A DNA stretch of 64,000 nucleotides from the human T2T-CHM13v2.0 reference genome, Homo sapiens (GCF_009914755.1 NC_060926.1), one strand, 5' to 3'. Positions 46,152 to 63,849 are shown, numbered from the stretch's first letter. Made by a program: numbers and translations. Notes: generated from the sequence alone by a model not told the origin.

Positions 46152-46580
46152 GATAGACAGATAAAGAAAGCAAGACTTGGTACATGTGGTTATGGGGGTG
46201 AGGAGTTCCAAGATTTGCAGTTGGCAAGTTAGAGACCTAGAAGAGCTGATGGTATAGTTCCAGTGCATGTCCAAATGCCTGAGAAGCAGGAAAGGTGATG
46301 GTATAAATCCCACTCCAAGTCCAAGTTTGAAGTCAAGAGAAGATTAATGTCCCAACTGTAAAACAGTCAGGCAGAGAAAGCAAATTCTCTCTTACTTCAG
46401 ACCTTTAGCCAGTTGGATGAGGTGTATCCACACGGGGAAGAGTCGTTTGTTTTACTCAATCTACTCAACCAATTGTTAATCACATAGAGAAACACTCTCA
46501 CAGGCATACCCAGAATAATGTTTAACCAAATATCTGGGCACCACTTGGCCCACTGAAGTTGACACATAAAATTAACCATC
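45975..46580 (-). mobile_element. MLT2 (ERVL) LTR containing (GATA)n
   Basis: Ends gttgacacataaaattaaccatc; cccagaataatgtttaaccaaatatctgggcac. Confidence 0.78.
46081..46162 (+). repeat. (GATA)n / GACA STR
   Basis: About 12 agat units at 46101-46150. Confidence 0.92.
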
Positions 46581-47628
46581 TTATGAGTCTAAATTATTAT
46601 TTTAGAGGTTTGTAATACCACTTATAAACAGAATGATTGTTAAGTTGCTATGTATTATTTCATCATTCAAAAATTTGTTATCAATAACTACCTTAAATGC
46701 CTGCTATAAAGATTTAAAGAGGGGAAACAGAAGGGTACATCACGTTAAACATATCATACCAAGGCAGGGACCATACATTGTTCATCTTTGTTTCCCCCAA
46801 GTCCAGGATTCATGGGAAAAGCTAAAAGTAGCAGTTTGGAAATAAAATTTAAATATACAGAGCAGAACTGAATTATCAAATCTTTTTCCCATCCTGTCTG
46901 TGTAATTAAATTCCTCATTCTTATTTCACTGCAGCCTGCCCATCTCTAGTCTACTACTGTAGTACCCTGCTATTCCAGGAGAAGAGAGCTACCAGATTCT
47001 ATAGATAAATCCTATTCCTCTATTTCTAGGTTTTATTATAAGATGCAGATTATCTTTGAAGTCAGAAGTTTGTGCTAACCTGATTTAATGATGTTTTTTG
47101 AGGAGTCAATTTAGATATTACTTAATGATAGAATAATATGACAGTTGCTTATAAACATACCACTCATAAAATGCCCAGGGTTATTCACAGCAATAGTAAT
47201 TTACATCATGCTGATTGTGATGTTTCTGGGTTCTGGTTAACAACTTTGTCACATGATTCTTTAAAAAGAACATCTGCTTGTTTTTTTTCCAGTGTACAAT
47301 CATGGCAAGTGGCCCCACTTTGCATAAAATCTTATCAAAGCTTTCTTAGGTCTACCTAGTCATTGGGAGGACCAAGAACCTAGATTGTTTTGCATTCATA
47401 CGTGTGATTGCTGCCTCTGTTTACCACATCTTGAAAAACACTGTAGTGAGTAGGTTTATGGGGAAAAATAGCAAGTGCTAAAGAATTTCAGAACCCACAT
47501 GATTTATAGATAAATTTATGGAAAGTTGTAAAGTGAAATTATGAGTAAAATAAATAAAAGAAGTGTTTTGAAACATTGTTTCTACTAACTGCCCAGGAAG
47601 TATAATTTTTCCAATCTCCATGGATTTA

Positions 47629-47659
<31 letters not shown>

Positions 47660-48010
47660 AAATTTACTATATATAAAATATATAAAAATTTACTACATGT
47701 AATATATAAAAATTTACTATATAATATATAATATGTATATAATTTACTATATATAACTTATAGTTATATAGTAATATATAAAAATTAACTTACTATATAG
47801 TAAATTATATGTATTTAATCTTATATAATATATATAAGATTGTCTGGAATGAAGAGAAAGAACAATGTCTTTTACTGTCTTTCCAGTTGCTTTTCTGTTA
47901 TATAATATATATATTTATATATAAAATTTACTATATATAACTTACTATATATACAATATAGTATATATTTATACTATACATAAATTATATATATAATATG
48001 TATTACATAA
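47629..48010. repeat. (CT)n then AT-rich (TA)n-derived minisatellite with repeated aaatttactatatataa units
   Basis: Variants of the unit recur near 47661, 47687, 47711, 47741 and 47925. Confidence 0.85.
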
Positions 48011-48769
48011 CAGAAAAACTGGAAAGACAATAAAAGACACTGTTCTTTCTCTTCATTCTAGACATATAAATAAAACCTTCCATTGTGAAGAATTATACAA
48101 ATTCAATGAATAACTGAAAACAGAAAATTCTAGTTTCAGTATCACATAACTCATTGTACTAAATAAAATGATAATTTATATCATTAAGAAACTTACCACT
48201 ATAATAATATACTGTAATAATATAGAAAGAAAAATATAGAATAAAAATATGAAAGAGGAATTTAAATTTGCACAATATTATAAAGATTTAGTAATCACCA
48301 GCTGGTATAATTATATACTAAAAGTTGATGGTATGTGTTTTATTACAATGGAAGGAATACAAGGTCACACTTAAAAGTGATTCCAAAATGATTTCACAAG
48401 CACAAGTATGTTGATGTCAAAATACTAACATAATAAACACAGTTGCGTAACAAATATGACTTTATTGAGTAGGATATTTTTGCACTATCTTAAATAAATC
48501 GCCTCAAACCTCAGTGCGGTCTCATCACTTAGTTTACTGATTTTGCAATAAGGGGGATTTCTGAAATCATTTAATACATAGTGACACGTCAATAAAATAT
48601 GTTTCAGAAGTGGTACGTCAAGAACCAACTAGGAGAAAGGTTGCTCTTTTACGGAATAGCACAAATTCCTTAAACCACAGCTTACTAAACTAAAACAATG
48701 AAAAGAGAAAACCAGAGTTTCTCTTTAATTGCAAATTTAATTTATAATTGCAAATTTAATTTATAGCAA

Positions 48770-49290
48770 CGAAAATTTTTAAAAATTTCCCACAGAGATA
48801 TGAAACCCAGATAGTTTCATTAGTGAATTCTATTACCTTTATCTATAAATTACATCAGTCTACACAAACTCTTTCAGAAAATGAAAAAAACTCATCCCTA
48901 CTCATTTTGTGAGGCCAGCATGACTATGATACCAAAATTAGACAAAAACATCACAGAAATGAAATTACAGAACTATATCAGTTGTTAATATAAATGTGAA
49001 AGTCTTCAACAAAATAGTAGCAAATTGAATCCAGTAATAAATGAAAAAGATAATACATGATGATTATATGGGGTTTGTTATAGGAATTCAAGTTTGCTTC
49101 AAAAATTGGCAATAAATTTAATCCACCAAATTAACTGAAAATGAAAAGAATCATTTGATTATCTCAGTAGGTGGAGAAAAAGCAACTGTCAAAATTCAAA
49201 ACTCATTCATAATACATAATAAACACTTTCAGCAAACTACCGGGTAAAGGACATTAATGAAATGTCCACTGCTGGTATTATAACCAAGGA
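48770..49290 (+). mobile_element. Old L1M ORF2 fragment (continues at 49453-49474 and 52891 onward)
   Basis: ctcattttgtgaggccagcatgactatgataccaaaa..ggagaaaaagcaactgtcaaaattcaa. Confidence 0.7.
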
Positions 49291-49450
49291 CACCATCAAA
49301 AGCATGTGACCTCTGCAGTCACACAATGCCTCTTCTTTCAAAGAGTGCTCTACTTGGTTTAATGATCTGCTGTTGCTGTTCTGAGGTTCATAATAATTTG
49401 TAAACATGGAGCTCCACGTTTTCACTTTGATGTGGGCCTCACTTAATTCT
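49286..49450 (+). mobile_element. MER45A-like hAT MITE
   Basis: gtgacctctgcagtcacaca..cttggtttaatgatctgctgttgc..ttttcactttgatgtgggcc. Confidence 0.55.
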
Positions 49451-49474
49451 TAAAGACTGAATGCTTTCTTTTCT

Positions 49475-53049
<3,575 letters not shown>

Positions 53050-53309
53050 TTAAGTAGGAAAGGCTAGAAGTCTAACTTAAAAATTACTAAACTTATTAAG
53101 TGAATTTATTCAACTGGTAGATAAAAGTTCAATAAATCAATTGTATTTTTATGTACTAGTAATAAACAATTTGAAAAAAATTTTTTCAAATTACTATTTA
53201 CATTGGCATCAAACATAAAATATTTAATAAGTTTAACAAAAGATGTGTGAAATCTGTACACAGAAAAATAACAAAACACTCCATAAAGAGATTAGAAAAA
53301 ATCAAAGTG

Positions 53310-53605
53310 AGCCAGGCACAGTGGCTCATGCCTGTAATCCCAGCACTTTGGGAGGCTGAGGTGGGTGGATCACAAGGTCAGGAGATTGAGACAATCCTGG
53401 CCAATGTGGTAAAACCCCGTCTCTACTAAAAATACAAAAATTAGCTGGGCATGGCGGCGTGTGCCTGTAATCCCAGCTACTCAGGAGGCTGAGGCAGGAA
53501 AATCGCTTGAACCCAGGAGGCAGAGGTTGCAGTGAGCAGAGATTGCACCCACTGCATTCCAGCCTGGCGACAGAGTTAGACTCTGTCTCAAACAAATAAA
53601 AAAAT
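53310..53605 (+). mobile_element. AluSc-like
   Basis: gatcacaaggtcaggagattgagacaatcctggcc; near-TSD aaaaatcaaagtga / aaaaatctaggtga. Confidence 0.9.
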
Positions 53606-53817
53606 TTAAAAAATCTAGGTGAATGCAGATATCTTCCATGTGTATGAATTAAAATGACCAATGTTGTTATAATAATACTTTTCCTCAAATTGATTTATAG
53701 GTCCAATACAATTTCAATCAAAATTCCAATTCTAAGAGTTTTGTTTTCCTCTTTTAGAAGTGGACAGGCTGATTATGAAAGTTATAGGGAAAAAAAATTT
53801 TAAGGCCAAAATAACTG

Positions 53818-54110
53818 TTTATTTGTTTTTGTTTTTGTTTTAGAGATGGGGCTTCGTTCCATTCTCCTGCCCAGGCTGGAGTGCTGTGGTGCGATCACAG
53901 ATCACTGCAGACTCCTGGCAGCAAGCGATCCTCTCTCCTCAGCCTTTGAGGCTGAGGGCCACCATGCCCAGTTAATTTTCTAAGTTTTTTTTTAGAAATA
54001 AGGTTTTGCTATATTATCCAGGCTGGTCTAAAACTCTTGGCTTTAAGAGATCCTTCCACCTCACTCTCTCAGTACCTGAGATTACAGGTGTCAGCCACTA
54101 CATCAGGTCC
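53818..54110 (-). mobile_element. AluJ
   Basis: gagatggggc..gcgatcacagatcactgcag..ttgctatattatccaggctggtc; near-TSD aaaataa. Confidence 0.85.
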
Positions 54111-54821
54111 AAAATAATTTTTGGAATCAATACTTTTTAAAATCAGGTAGGATTTGCACTACCTAATTTTTAAGACTTTCTATGAACCTGACTACAATGT
54201 AGTATTGGTTCCAGGCATAATAGATATATTGAGTGTATAAAATAAAGAAACAAGAGAAAGAATCAACATTTAGTGTTACTTGATTTTTGACTAAAGTGCC
54301 AAAGCTATACAATGGAGAAAGAATAGTCTTTTTCAAGAACTAGGTATCTGTGTGGGGCTGTAGGAGAGAATCCTTCATCTCTATCTCAGATCCTTCAAAA
54401 AGTTAATGGGGAATAGACCATAAATATAAACGTAAATATAAAGTCATTAAAATTCCCAAATAAAACACAGGAAAATATATTTGCCACCATAAGGTAGGCA
54501 AATATTTCTTAGGACACAAATAGGAAATGTGATAAATTGGACTTCATCAAAATTAAAAATTTCCACTCATGAAAAGACAGTGTTAAATAAATTAAAAAGC
54601 AAAACAAGTTACAGACTAAAAGAAATATTTACAATAAATGTAACGAACAAAGGACTTATCCTCGGAATATATAAAGAACAACTACAACCCATACAAAAAG
54701 AAAAACTAATGGTAAAATGGGCTCAAACAAATATTTCATGAGAATGTTCTATATCTTGATATGTCCGGTGGTTTCATGGTTGTATATATTTGCTAATACT
54801 CATGAAATTGACTACTTAATA

Positions 54822-55366
54822 TTCATCAATGAATGAATGGAAAAGGAAAATATGGCATGTATACACAACGGCATACTATTTGGCTATAACAAGGATTGAA
54901 ATTCTGTCATTTAAAGCAACATGAATAGTGGAACTGGAAATCATTATGTTACCTGAATAAGCCAGGCACAAAAAGACAAATATCACATGTTCTCACTCAT
55001 ATGTGGGGGCTAAGAACGTTGATCTCATGGAGGTAGAGAGCAAAATGATAGGAACTTGAGGCTGGGAGGGGTGGGCTGAGGGGCATAAAAAGAGGTGGGT
55101 TAATGGGCACAAACATACAATTAGATAGAAGGAATAAGTGCTAGTACTCAATTGCACAGTAGAGCACCTACAGTTAATAATAATGTATTATATATTTCAA
55201 AATAGCTAAAGGAGAAGACTTGAAATGTTCCCACAACACAAAATTCATCAATGTTTGAGGTGACAGATTGCCTAATTCTCTAATTTGATCATTAAATACT
55301 GTATGCATGTATCAAACTATCACATGTATGCCATAAATATACACAATTTTTATGTGTCAATAAAAA
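54822..55366 (+). mobile_element. L1MA 3' end nested in an older L1M 3' end
   Basis: aagccaggcacaaaaagacaaatatcacatgttctcactcatatgtggg..gatctcatggaggtagagag. Confidence 0.78.
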
Positions 55367-55529
55367 ATTGTGCACTTAAAATCTGTGCATTTTATTGTGG
55401 TTAATTATACTCCAACAAATTTGATTAGAAATAAAAGAAAAGAGAAAATGATTCTACAATCCCACAACTGTTAAAAATTATTTACAATTTTTGGCAGTTT
55501 CTTCTATATTTAATCTACATGTTTACCTG

Positions 55530-55776
55530 TAGATCTTTCCTGCTTTCTCTTGTGGGCATTTAGTGCTACAAATTTCCCTCTACACACTGCTTTAAGTGTG
55601 TCCGAGAGATTCTGGTATGTTATGTCTTTGTTCTCATTGGTTTCAAAGAACATCTTTATTTCTGCCTTCATTTCGTTATGTACCCAGTAGTAATTCAGGA
55701 GCAGGTTGTTCAGTTTCCATGTAGTTGAGCAGTTTTGAGTGAGTTTCTTAATCCTGAGTTCTAGTTTTATTGCACT
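55530..55776 (-). mobile_element. Isolated 247-bp internal L1PA ORF2 fragment (no tail, no TSD)
   Basis: About 96% identical (9 mismatches by eye) to 52587-52833. Confidence 0.9.
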
Positions 55777-55793
55777 AGTTTGCTTGTCTATAA

Positions 55794-56100
<307 letters not shown>

Positions 56101-56710
56101 TATAAACTTACTTTCTAATGTTACTATAGATAAATTTTTGCTTTGTATTTGCATTCTCCATTAGTTGAGAGAGAAAATAAAGCATTCTTCATAGTTTCAA
56201 GTGTGTTTTTATGGTAATGCCTTATTAATGTTTCTACTGCTAATAATAATAGCCATGAAAAACCTCTTATTTTTCTGGAAATATCTAACATAATTTTTAT
56301 GCATTATTATATTTTATACTCAAGTAATTCTTTAGGAAAAAATGTCAAAAACAAGTGGAAGACATGTTGAATTTTTTTTCTTTTTGTTTAAAGAATGAAA
56401 ATATTCAAAATTATGACTTTGTCTATGAGTATAAATATACTTATTTTCTAAAAATTTATGACACGCTGTATTCTTCCTATTATTTTCTTCATATTTGAGT
56501 GCATATAGGAAATTTTTTAAATTGTGTCAGACTTGAAGTGGTGACGCACTGGTGAGAATTTTCAGTTTCACACAAGAGAATCTACCTTAGCTAGTTTTAG
56601 AGGAAAGAGATATCTGAATAAAGGAAGCTTATAGAATTACTGGGAGAGATGAAGAAATAAACTCTAAATTTTTGAAGAAATAATTCTTAGAATTTTATCA
56701 TAGAACTGAA

Positions 56711-56932
<222 letters not shown>

Positions 56933-57649
56933 AAGAACTGATCTACTGAGGGGTTGCTGCCTCTCCTGAGAAGTTGATACGGATAATTGCTACCACTGCT
57001 TTGGGCTCCAGGTGATACTGTCTCTCCCAAAGTGGAAACTGTCATTGCTGCCATCGACTGCAGAAAATAACCAGAAAATGGGCAATTTGTTCCTTGCCTG
57101 TTTTTTTCTCAAGGTAAGTGAACCCCACTATATCTCATGGACAAAGCCTAAATCACCCATATGCATCTTGGTAGCAAATGAAATGAGAAATGCATAGTTT
57201 GTGCTTCATTCATTCATTGATTCATTCACTCATCCTCCCATTCAATTTACTGTTTTCTACAGTGGGAGTTTAGGGTACACTATGGATAATGCTCAAAATA
57301 TAGTGGGAAAATTCAAAAATTTTTAGGCAGCTGTGAATGACAAATGTTCAGTAGAGTTGAATCTTTGTTTTTTGTTTGTTTGTTTTAGTGCATTTTTTTC
57401 AGAGAATTTGTCCTATTCAGTTCTTTTATTTCGTAATTTATTAAAGTCTTCTTTATGATTCATGCAGAAAAAAACCATAAGGTCTGCAAAAAAGTTACAT
57501 GTGATTTTTGTCAAGAACAAGGATTCATACACACAGCTTATCAATCTTTTGTATCTATCATTATTTTTCATAAATTTTTATTCAAAAGTTACTTAATCTC
57601 ACCAATGCCTTCCAACCACTGATTGTACTTTTTTTATTGAGCATCAGCT

Positions 57650-58473
57650 GCCTGAAAATTCACTTTCCACTTTACCCTACTTAAATTCTTCTGCTTATCT
57701 CTATAATCTTATTCCTGCATATTCCCTCAACTCTCCTGCACACCTTTCCATCCAGTGTACTCACTGGTAAAATCCAAACCACGGTTAAACCTAACTCTCC
57801 ATTAATTCTGGGATTTTACACAAGCAGCTGAATCTATCTAGAAACTAAAAGCAAGACGACAGTTCTTGCTTTAAATCTATGTCCATAAACATCAAGAGCT
57901 CCCTCAACACTTTCAGCAATTCTATTGTATATTCTCTATTGATTCATTTTCTCAGTCTCACAAATTGCTACTTCACAACTTTTGGACTGCTTAGAAGATG
58001 ACTGCAAATGTAAGTGTTTGAAGTAGAAACTAGAGACATTCAGAAGAAGATTTTCTCATCTCACCACTACCAAATCCAGTAACATCCCACCTTCACACCC
58101 ATGTGCTCTGCCTTCCCTTATACAGCAATTCATGTGCATTTCTGCCCCCTTTTAAGGACAGCCTGTACCCTTCATCTCTTTTACCACATCATCAATTTCT
58201 CTGTCTCCACTGGATCATTCTCAGAGGCATATAAACACATCACTATATCTCCAATCTTATTACAAAAAGAAAAACCAAACAAACAACAATTTACTGTCTC
58301 ACATACTCCTCTAGCTAGTCTAATCTAGCTAGTACAATCCATTCCTTTGTTCCCTTTCGAAGGAAAGTCCTTGAAAGAGGTATCTAAGTTTGCTGTCAAT
58401 TCTTCCTTTCCTTTTATTTTCTTCTCAGCCAAATCAAGCTTTCATCCCCACCACATTACTGAACCACTCTCAA
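57650..58473. mobile_element. L2 fragments (resume after 59712 and at 60150-60780)
   Basis: tctctgtctccactggatcattctcagaggcatataaaca; aagctttcatccccaccacattactgaaccactctc. Confidence 0.55.
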
Positions 58474-59712
58474 CAGAGATGGATGTGCTATTAACGTGAA
58501 TCTAAATAAAATTATAAGTATCAGGACCCTTGGCTTTCATAAGCCCCTGTAAAATTCTTGGGACCGTCTTGGCAATATTTTAATATGGGCATATGTTTTT
58601 GTAACATTTGCAAAGGAAAGATAAATTGATAGCAATTGGCTGGAGCAACTATCTTATTACACTCTGGCTTCCTCCCAAACGCTTCCCTAGAGTTAAGTGG
58701 TCTTTAGGTAGCCAAGAGAAGTTGATATTGAAATATGTTATTTCATTGTAACTCAGGGAGGCCTCTTAGTCTATTTCAATAAAACAAGTGAGAAGTAACA
58801 GATTTTTTATTTGGTAATAGATGTCACGTTTACGTTTGTGTATTAAGGAAAATACAAATTCAGATAAAAATTAATAGAATGTAAAAAATCAATAAAGATG
58901 AGTAATAAAATCAACAGAAACTGTTGAACCATAAAAATTGTATTCAAAAAATGCTTTCAGATTAGACCAAAAACTTTAATTCATTAAGAATTAAAGGAAG
59001 TAATTAATTCTCAATAGAAATAATATTTAGACTCTGGGACTGCTTAATAATCCAGTTGATGAAAAAGAAGGGATCACGTGAATACATTGGAAAAACATTT
59101 ACATTTCTTGCCAAAATCTAACATGGATTCATATAGCGTAAACCAGATAATAAACCAGTACAATGGGGATACCTAAAACAAACTGCTCAGTGACTATCCT
59201 CAATTCAAAGAGTAAGATTAGTTTGAGCATGAAAACTTGCAATCAAGTCTTGAAGCTTGATGGAGCATTTCTCACATTTGACAAGTATCAAAAAAAGCTC
59301 AGGAGGACATTGTTAATAATGAGTTATGCAACTCAAAAAAAACTTCTTTAAAAAATCAACAGTAATTATATTTTGATCAACTATATTAGTTGAAAGAACA
59401 AATATATTTTATCTTTAGATAATGAATGTTATATGAAAAGATAAAGCCTACAAAAATATATAGGAAAAAAGTGTTGTGGCTACAGTGAAAAGTTATGTAT
59501 AATAATGATAAACAATTATTTTCTCTTCTAGATTTTAGAATGTCTTTATATTTTTCAGCTTTTTAAACTGTTTAACATGGCTTTGTCTCTTTTCTCAGTA
59601 TATATTACATACTCACTTTTATATCTAGTTTGTACTTATAATTTTATAGTGTTGTTTATAGAAGTCCCCATAAACTGAATAAGCTCCAGACCCTCCAAAT
59701 CTCAAGGTTACC
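58474..59712 (+). mobile_element. hAT-Tip100 (Zaphod/MER115-like) DNA transposon fossil
   Basis: Ends resemble the recalled Zaphod termini (catatgtttttgtaacatttgcaaa; ataagctccagaccctccaaatct); degenerate hAT dimerisation-domain-like DNA near 59360-59430; splits an L2. Confidence 0.5.
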
Positions 59713-59773
59713 AATTACATCCATCTTGCCAAACTTAATGTTCCATTATTAAAAATTATCTACTAAATCTTTC

Positions 59774-60141
59774 TGATATGGTTTTACTCTGTGTCCCCAC
59801 CCAAATCTCACCTTGAATTGTAATAATCTCCACGTGTCAAGGACGGGACAAGGTAGAGGTAATTGGATCATGGGGGCAGTTTCCCCCACGCTATTTTCAT
59901 GTTAGTGAGTAAATTTTCATGAGATCTGATAGTTTTATAAGTTTCTGGCAGTTCCCCCTGCTTGCACTCACTCCATCCTGCTGTCCTGTGAAGGTACCTG
60001 CTTCTCTTTTGCCTTCTGCAATGATTGTAAGTTTCTTGAGGACTTCCCAGCAATGCAGAACTGTGAGTCAATTAAACCTCTTTTCTTTATAAATTACCGA
60101 GTCTCAGGTACTTCATAGCAGTGTGAGAATGGAGTAATATA
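59774..60141 (+). mobile_element. THE1C-like MaLR solo LTR
   Basis: tgatatggttttactctgtgtccccacccaaatctcaccttgaattgtaat..aactgtgagtcaattaaacctct. Confidence 0.88.
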
Positions 60142-61097
60142 CAATAAGCAATTTTTGATATAACTGATTACTCCTTCCTGCTTCAAACTTTTTTTCCATA
60201 GGATTCTAACCCCCACTCTGTTCTGATTTTCTTTCATTCTCATAGCACCACCCTCAGTCTCTTTTGGTGGAAGCTTCTTCTCTTTCAAACCTCTAAAAAT
60301 GGAAGTGTCTCAAGGCTTACATCTAGGGGCATATTTTACCTACCCTCCAGCTCTTTTCCCTTATCCTCCTTTATCTATTTACTATTTACCTCACTGACCA
60401 CATAGGATGTCTTATCTAGACTCATGGCTTCATGTATCATCTCTATGCAGAAGATAATCAAGTTAAGTTTTTAATCCAATCTTCTCCCCTAACTGTTTAA
60501 ATTTTATATCTGACACCTTCATCTGGAAAAATAAGATACATCTCAATTAAGTATGCTTGAAAATGAATGCTTGATTTTTAAAGACTCCTAACACCTGCCT
60601 TCCATCAGTCTTTCCTAACTCAATTAACAGTGTCTCTATCCTTTTAGCTTTTCAGATGGCAATTCTAGAAGCCATCATCATTTTTCCCCTTTGTCTCACA
60701 CCTCATATTAATTCCATTTCATTTGGTTTGCTATAATCTTTAAATATATTTAAGCCGGATCACTCACAGAACTTGTAGTAGTATATTGTTTCTTTTCTTC
60801 TATTAACATAGGAGAACTATAAATTGAGAGATATGTTTTGCCTTTTGTTGCTTTTTAGGTTCCCATCATCCACTTTTCATAAATAAATAAATACAAATGT
60901 TAATATTATGACATTAAATAGTTTATGACAATTATTTATGTATTCAAATTAAATCCTTTAATTAGAATGACTACAAACTCATAGATGATATTAGGAATGT
61001 ATAAGAACAACTGCCTTCCAACTGTCCCTATGGAAAAAGATATCCAGAACATGTGCAGAGAATGAGAGCAGCACTCCAAAGCTTCTATTACTACACT

Positions 61098-61622
61098 GTG
61101 CTAAGATGAATGATGGCCCACTAAAGATGTTCAAATCCTAATACCCAGGAACCTCTGACTATGTTTGTTACCTTACATGCAAAAAGGATTATACAGAAGT
61201 GATTAAATTTAAGGCTGTTGAGAAGAGGAGATTAATTCAGATTATCTGAGTGGGCCAAATCTAATCTTATGCGTTCTTATAAAAGAGAAGCAGGGGTGTC
61301 GGAGACAGAGAAGATGTGACAGCCAACACAGAACTCAGAGAGAGTAACAAAGAAGCGGGGAGTGGGGGGAAATTGGAGGATGCTATCCTCCTTGATTTGA
61401 GGATTAAGGAAAGGGCAATAAACCAAGGAATGCAGGAGGCTCCAGAAGGCAAGGGAACAGATTCTCATTAAACCCTCTAAAGCTGAGTTTTGATAGGTGC
61501 ACTTTAGCCCTGTAAGACCTATTTTCAGATTTCTAACCTCCAGAACTGTAAAATAATAAATTATGTTGTTTTAAGCCAGTAAATTTTAGTAATTCCTTAT
61601 AGCCACAGTAGGAAACATACAG
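61098..61622 (+). mobile_element. MLT1D-like MaLR LTR
   Basis: gaatgatggccc..aagatgttcaaatcctaatacc..ccaaggaatgcaggaggctccagaa..cagaactgtaaaataataaatt. Confidence 0.78.
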
Positions 61623-63167
61623 GTACACAGGAGTTCTCCTATATAAAATGGCACTTTTGTTTTAAATGCATGCTATCTAGAATTCCATTCTCTGCTGCTA
61701 ATATGGTGACTCCAATGTCCTTTTTTAATTTCTCCTACAATGTGCTTGGACTGTATTTTCTCATCCATTCACTTTGGATTTTTCTTACTTTGTGAAAGAA
61801 TTACTGTTTTTAGAGTACATTCATTTTGCTTTCCAAAAATATATTTTTTACAAAATAGGGAAGTTAGTACACTTACAATTGTACCTTCATTATATGTATT
61901 TGCCCTAAATTAAAGTTTTCTACTTTCTTCTATTTGTATTTAGAGTTTACCATTTTTACCTTCTATCTCATACACATATATTTCCTTTTGGTCTAATTAT
62001 CCTTTTTCCTTCTTTCACTCCATATGTCACATTAGTCTCTGTTCTTTAAAATAGAGAAAGCTTTGTAAACTTTTACTCACTCTTGATGTATATTGAGAGT
62101 CTCTTGTTTATCCAGAAGTAGTTATGTACAAATCAAACATTTATATTTTTCACACAAAACTTTTACATATGTCATTTTATTTAACTCTCACAAAAATCCT
62201 GCACTGCAGGCAGAATGATCTCATTTTTCTCATTCTACAGAGTACTAGAACTCTTAAGCCTCATTAAACTCCTCTTCTTACAATCACCGCCTTCACTATC
62301 AACTGATTATCTCAAATAAGAACAGAGAAAGAAGATGCCACAATGCTATCTATGGAAAAGCCTTTATTAGCTTATTGTACCATCACTTACACATCTGTAT
62401 TATAATTTGTTTCTTTAAAATAAGTCAGCTCTTAGTAGTAGTACTGATTCTGATGTGACCTTAGTTTGAGAGCTGGTAGAGGAAATTACATAATCACATT
62501 GAAAAGGTATCGCAAATTAAATTATGAGGGAGTGCCCAGGATAAGCAAAAATAGGACTGATCCTACTGTTGATGGATAATTTTGTCATTAAGTCATTTTA
62601 CTTACTTACTTTGACACATTCTCTGACACATAATGCAAATTGGACTTCTGTTCAACATATTTAGCCAGAAAAAAAGTACCAAAAGGTGTTGGAAGGGAAA
62701 GGTATATGTTCTTAGAGAAAATATGTTTTAACATAAATTATAGTAAACTCTGATATCTCAATTATAGATACTGATACAATGATACGTGAACCAGGTTTGT
62801 AATAACTGAGCTCAGATCAACAACACCACTTTTTTTATTCTTCTTTCATGCAGATAAGAAGGAAATAAAGCAGGATTTATTGAGTGCTTGTGAATACCAG
62901 GTATCATACTAAGTACATTTATATATTGTTTCAATTAGGTTTTTGTCCTTGTAGACATTTTATTCTATTCAATGTGCTGTTTTGAAAACTGTGATGAAAT
63001 GACATTTTTAAAAAAATGACCAAGGACAGAACACACAGCAAGCATGATATTTTAAACCACCTACAACTTACAGTATAAGACTGATACAGAAAACAGAAAG
63101 CTGATATTAGATCTGTCCTGTTACAATATGAAATCTAGTTCCAAAAAATATAACCATCCCCTGATGC

Positions 63168-63332
63168 AATGATTCTCAAAGTGTGGTCTTGGATCAGCAG
63201 AATCAGCATCCCAAAGGAACTTCTTAAAAGTGTATATTATTGGGTCCCTTCTTAGACCTATGAAGTCCAGCAATCTGTGTTTAGCTAGTTCCCTAGGGGC
63301 TTGTGGATGCTCTTCAAGTTTGTGAAGCACTG
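63168..63332. mobile_element. MER5A (hAT-Charlie)
   Basis: caatgattctcaaagtgtggtc..cagcatc..caatctgtgttta..aagtttgtgaagcactg inverted termini. Confidence 0.75.
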
Positions 63333-63849
63333 CTCTTGTCTTTGCCTTTCTGCTCCACTTTTTTCTTTCACCCTGCAAACGCTCTTGTCAGACAAATCTT
63401 TCATAGTTGGAAACCCTCAGTGAGGAAATTTTTTATTTGGTTCCCTGGGTTATATATTTTTCCTAGACTATTTTTTTTTTTTGGCTTCAATATAGTGTGT
63501 GTGAATCTCATTCTCTCCATTCCACATTACTATCAACTTTTTCTCCTCCTAAAAGGCTCAGTTTGTTGGCTAAGTATCATTAAATTCATTTTGCTGTGTC
63601 TGAAAGGGAAGTGAGCCATTAAGGGAAAGCTCCATTGGATCTGTGAGTCGTAATGGTTTGATAAAACTTTTACAATTTTTTTAAAATTTCATATTAGATA
63701 TAAAAATGTAGAGTCTCTTTCTTATGAAATGGGTGGGTTTTGCTTGGGCTGTATTATTTGCCCAACTGAATGTGGGGCCCTGGAATCTCTTTTAATAAAA
63801 TGAATTGTGGTGGACAGGGGCTGAGATGATACTGAATGATTGTGTCATT

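Noticed and set aside
48725-48764. 19-bp tandem duplication taattgcaaatttaattta (also small duplications near 5176, 11092 and 63837)
   Set aside because: Ordinary two-copy slippage duplications with no spacers, not CRISPR-like or otherwise organised.
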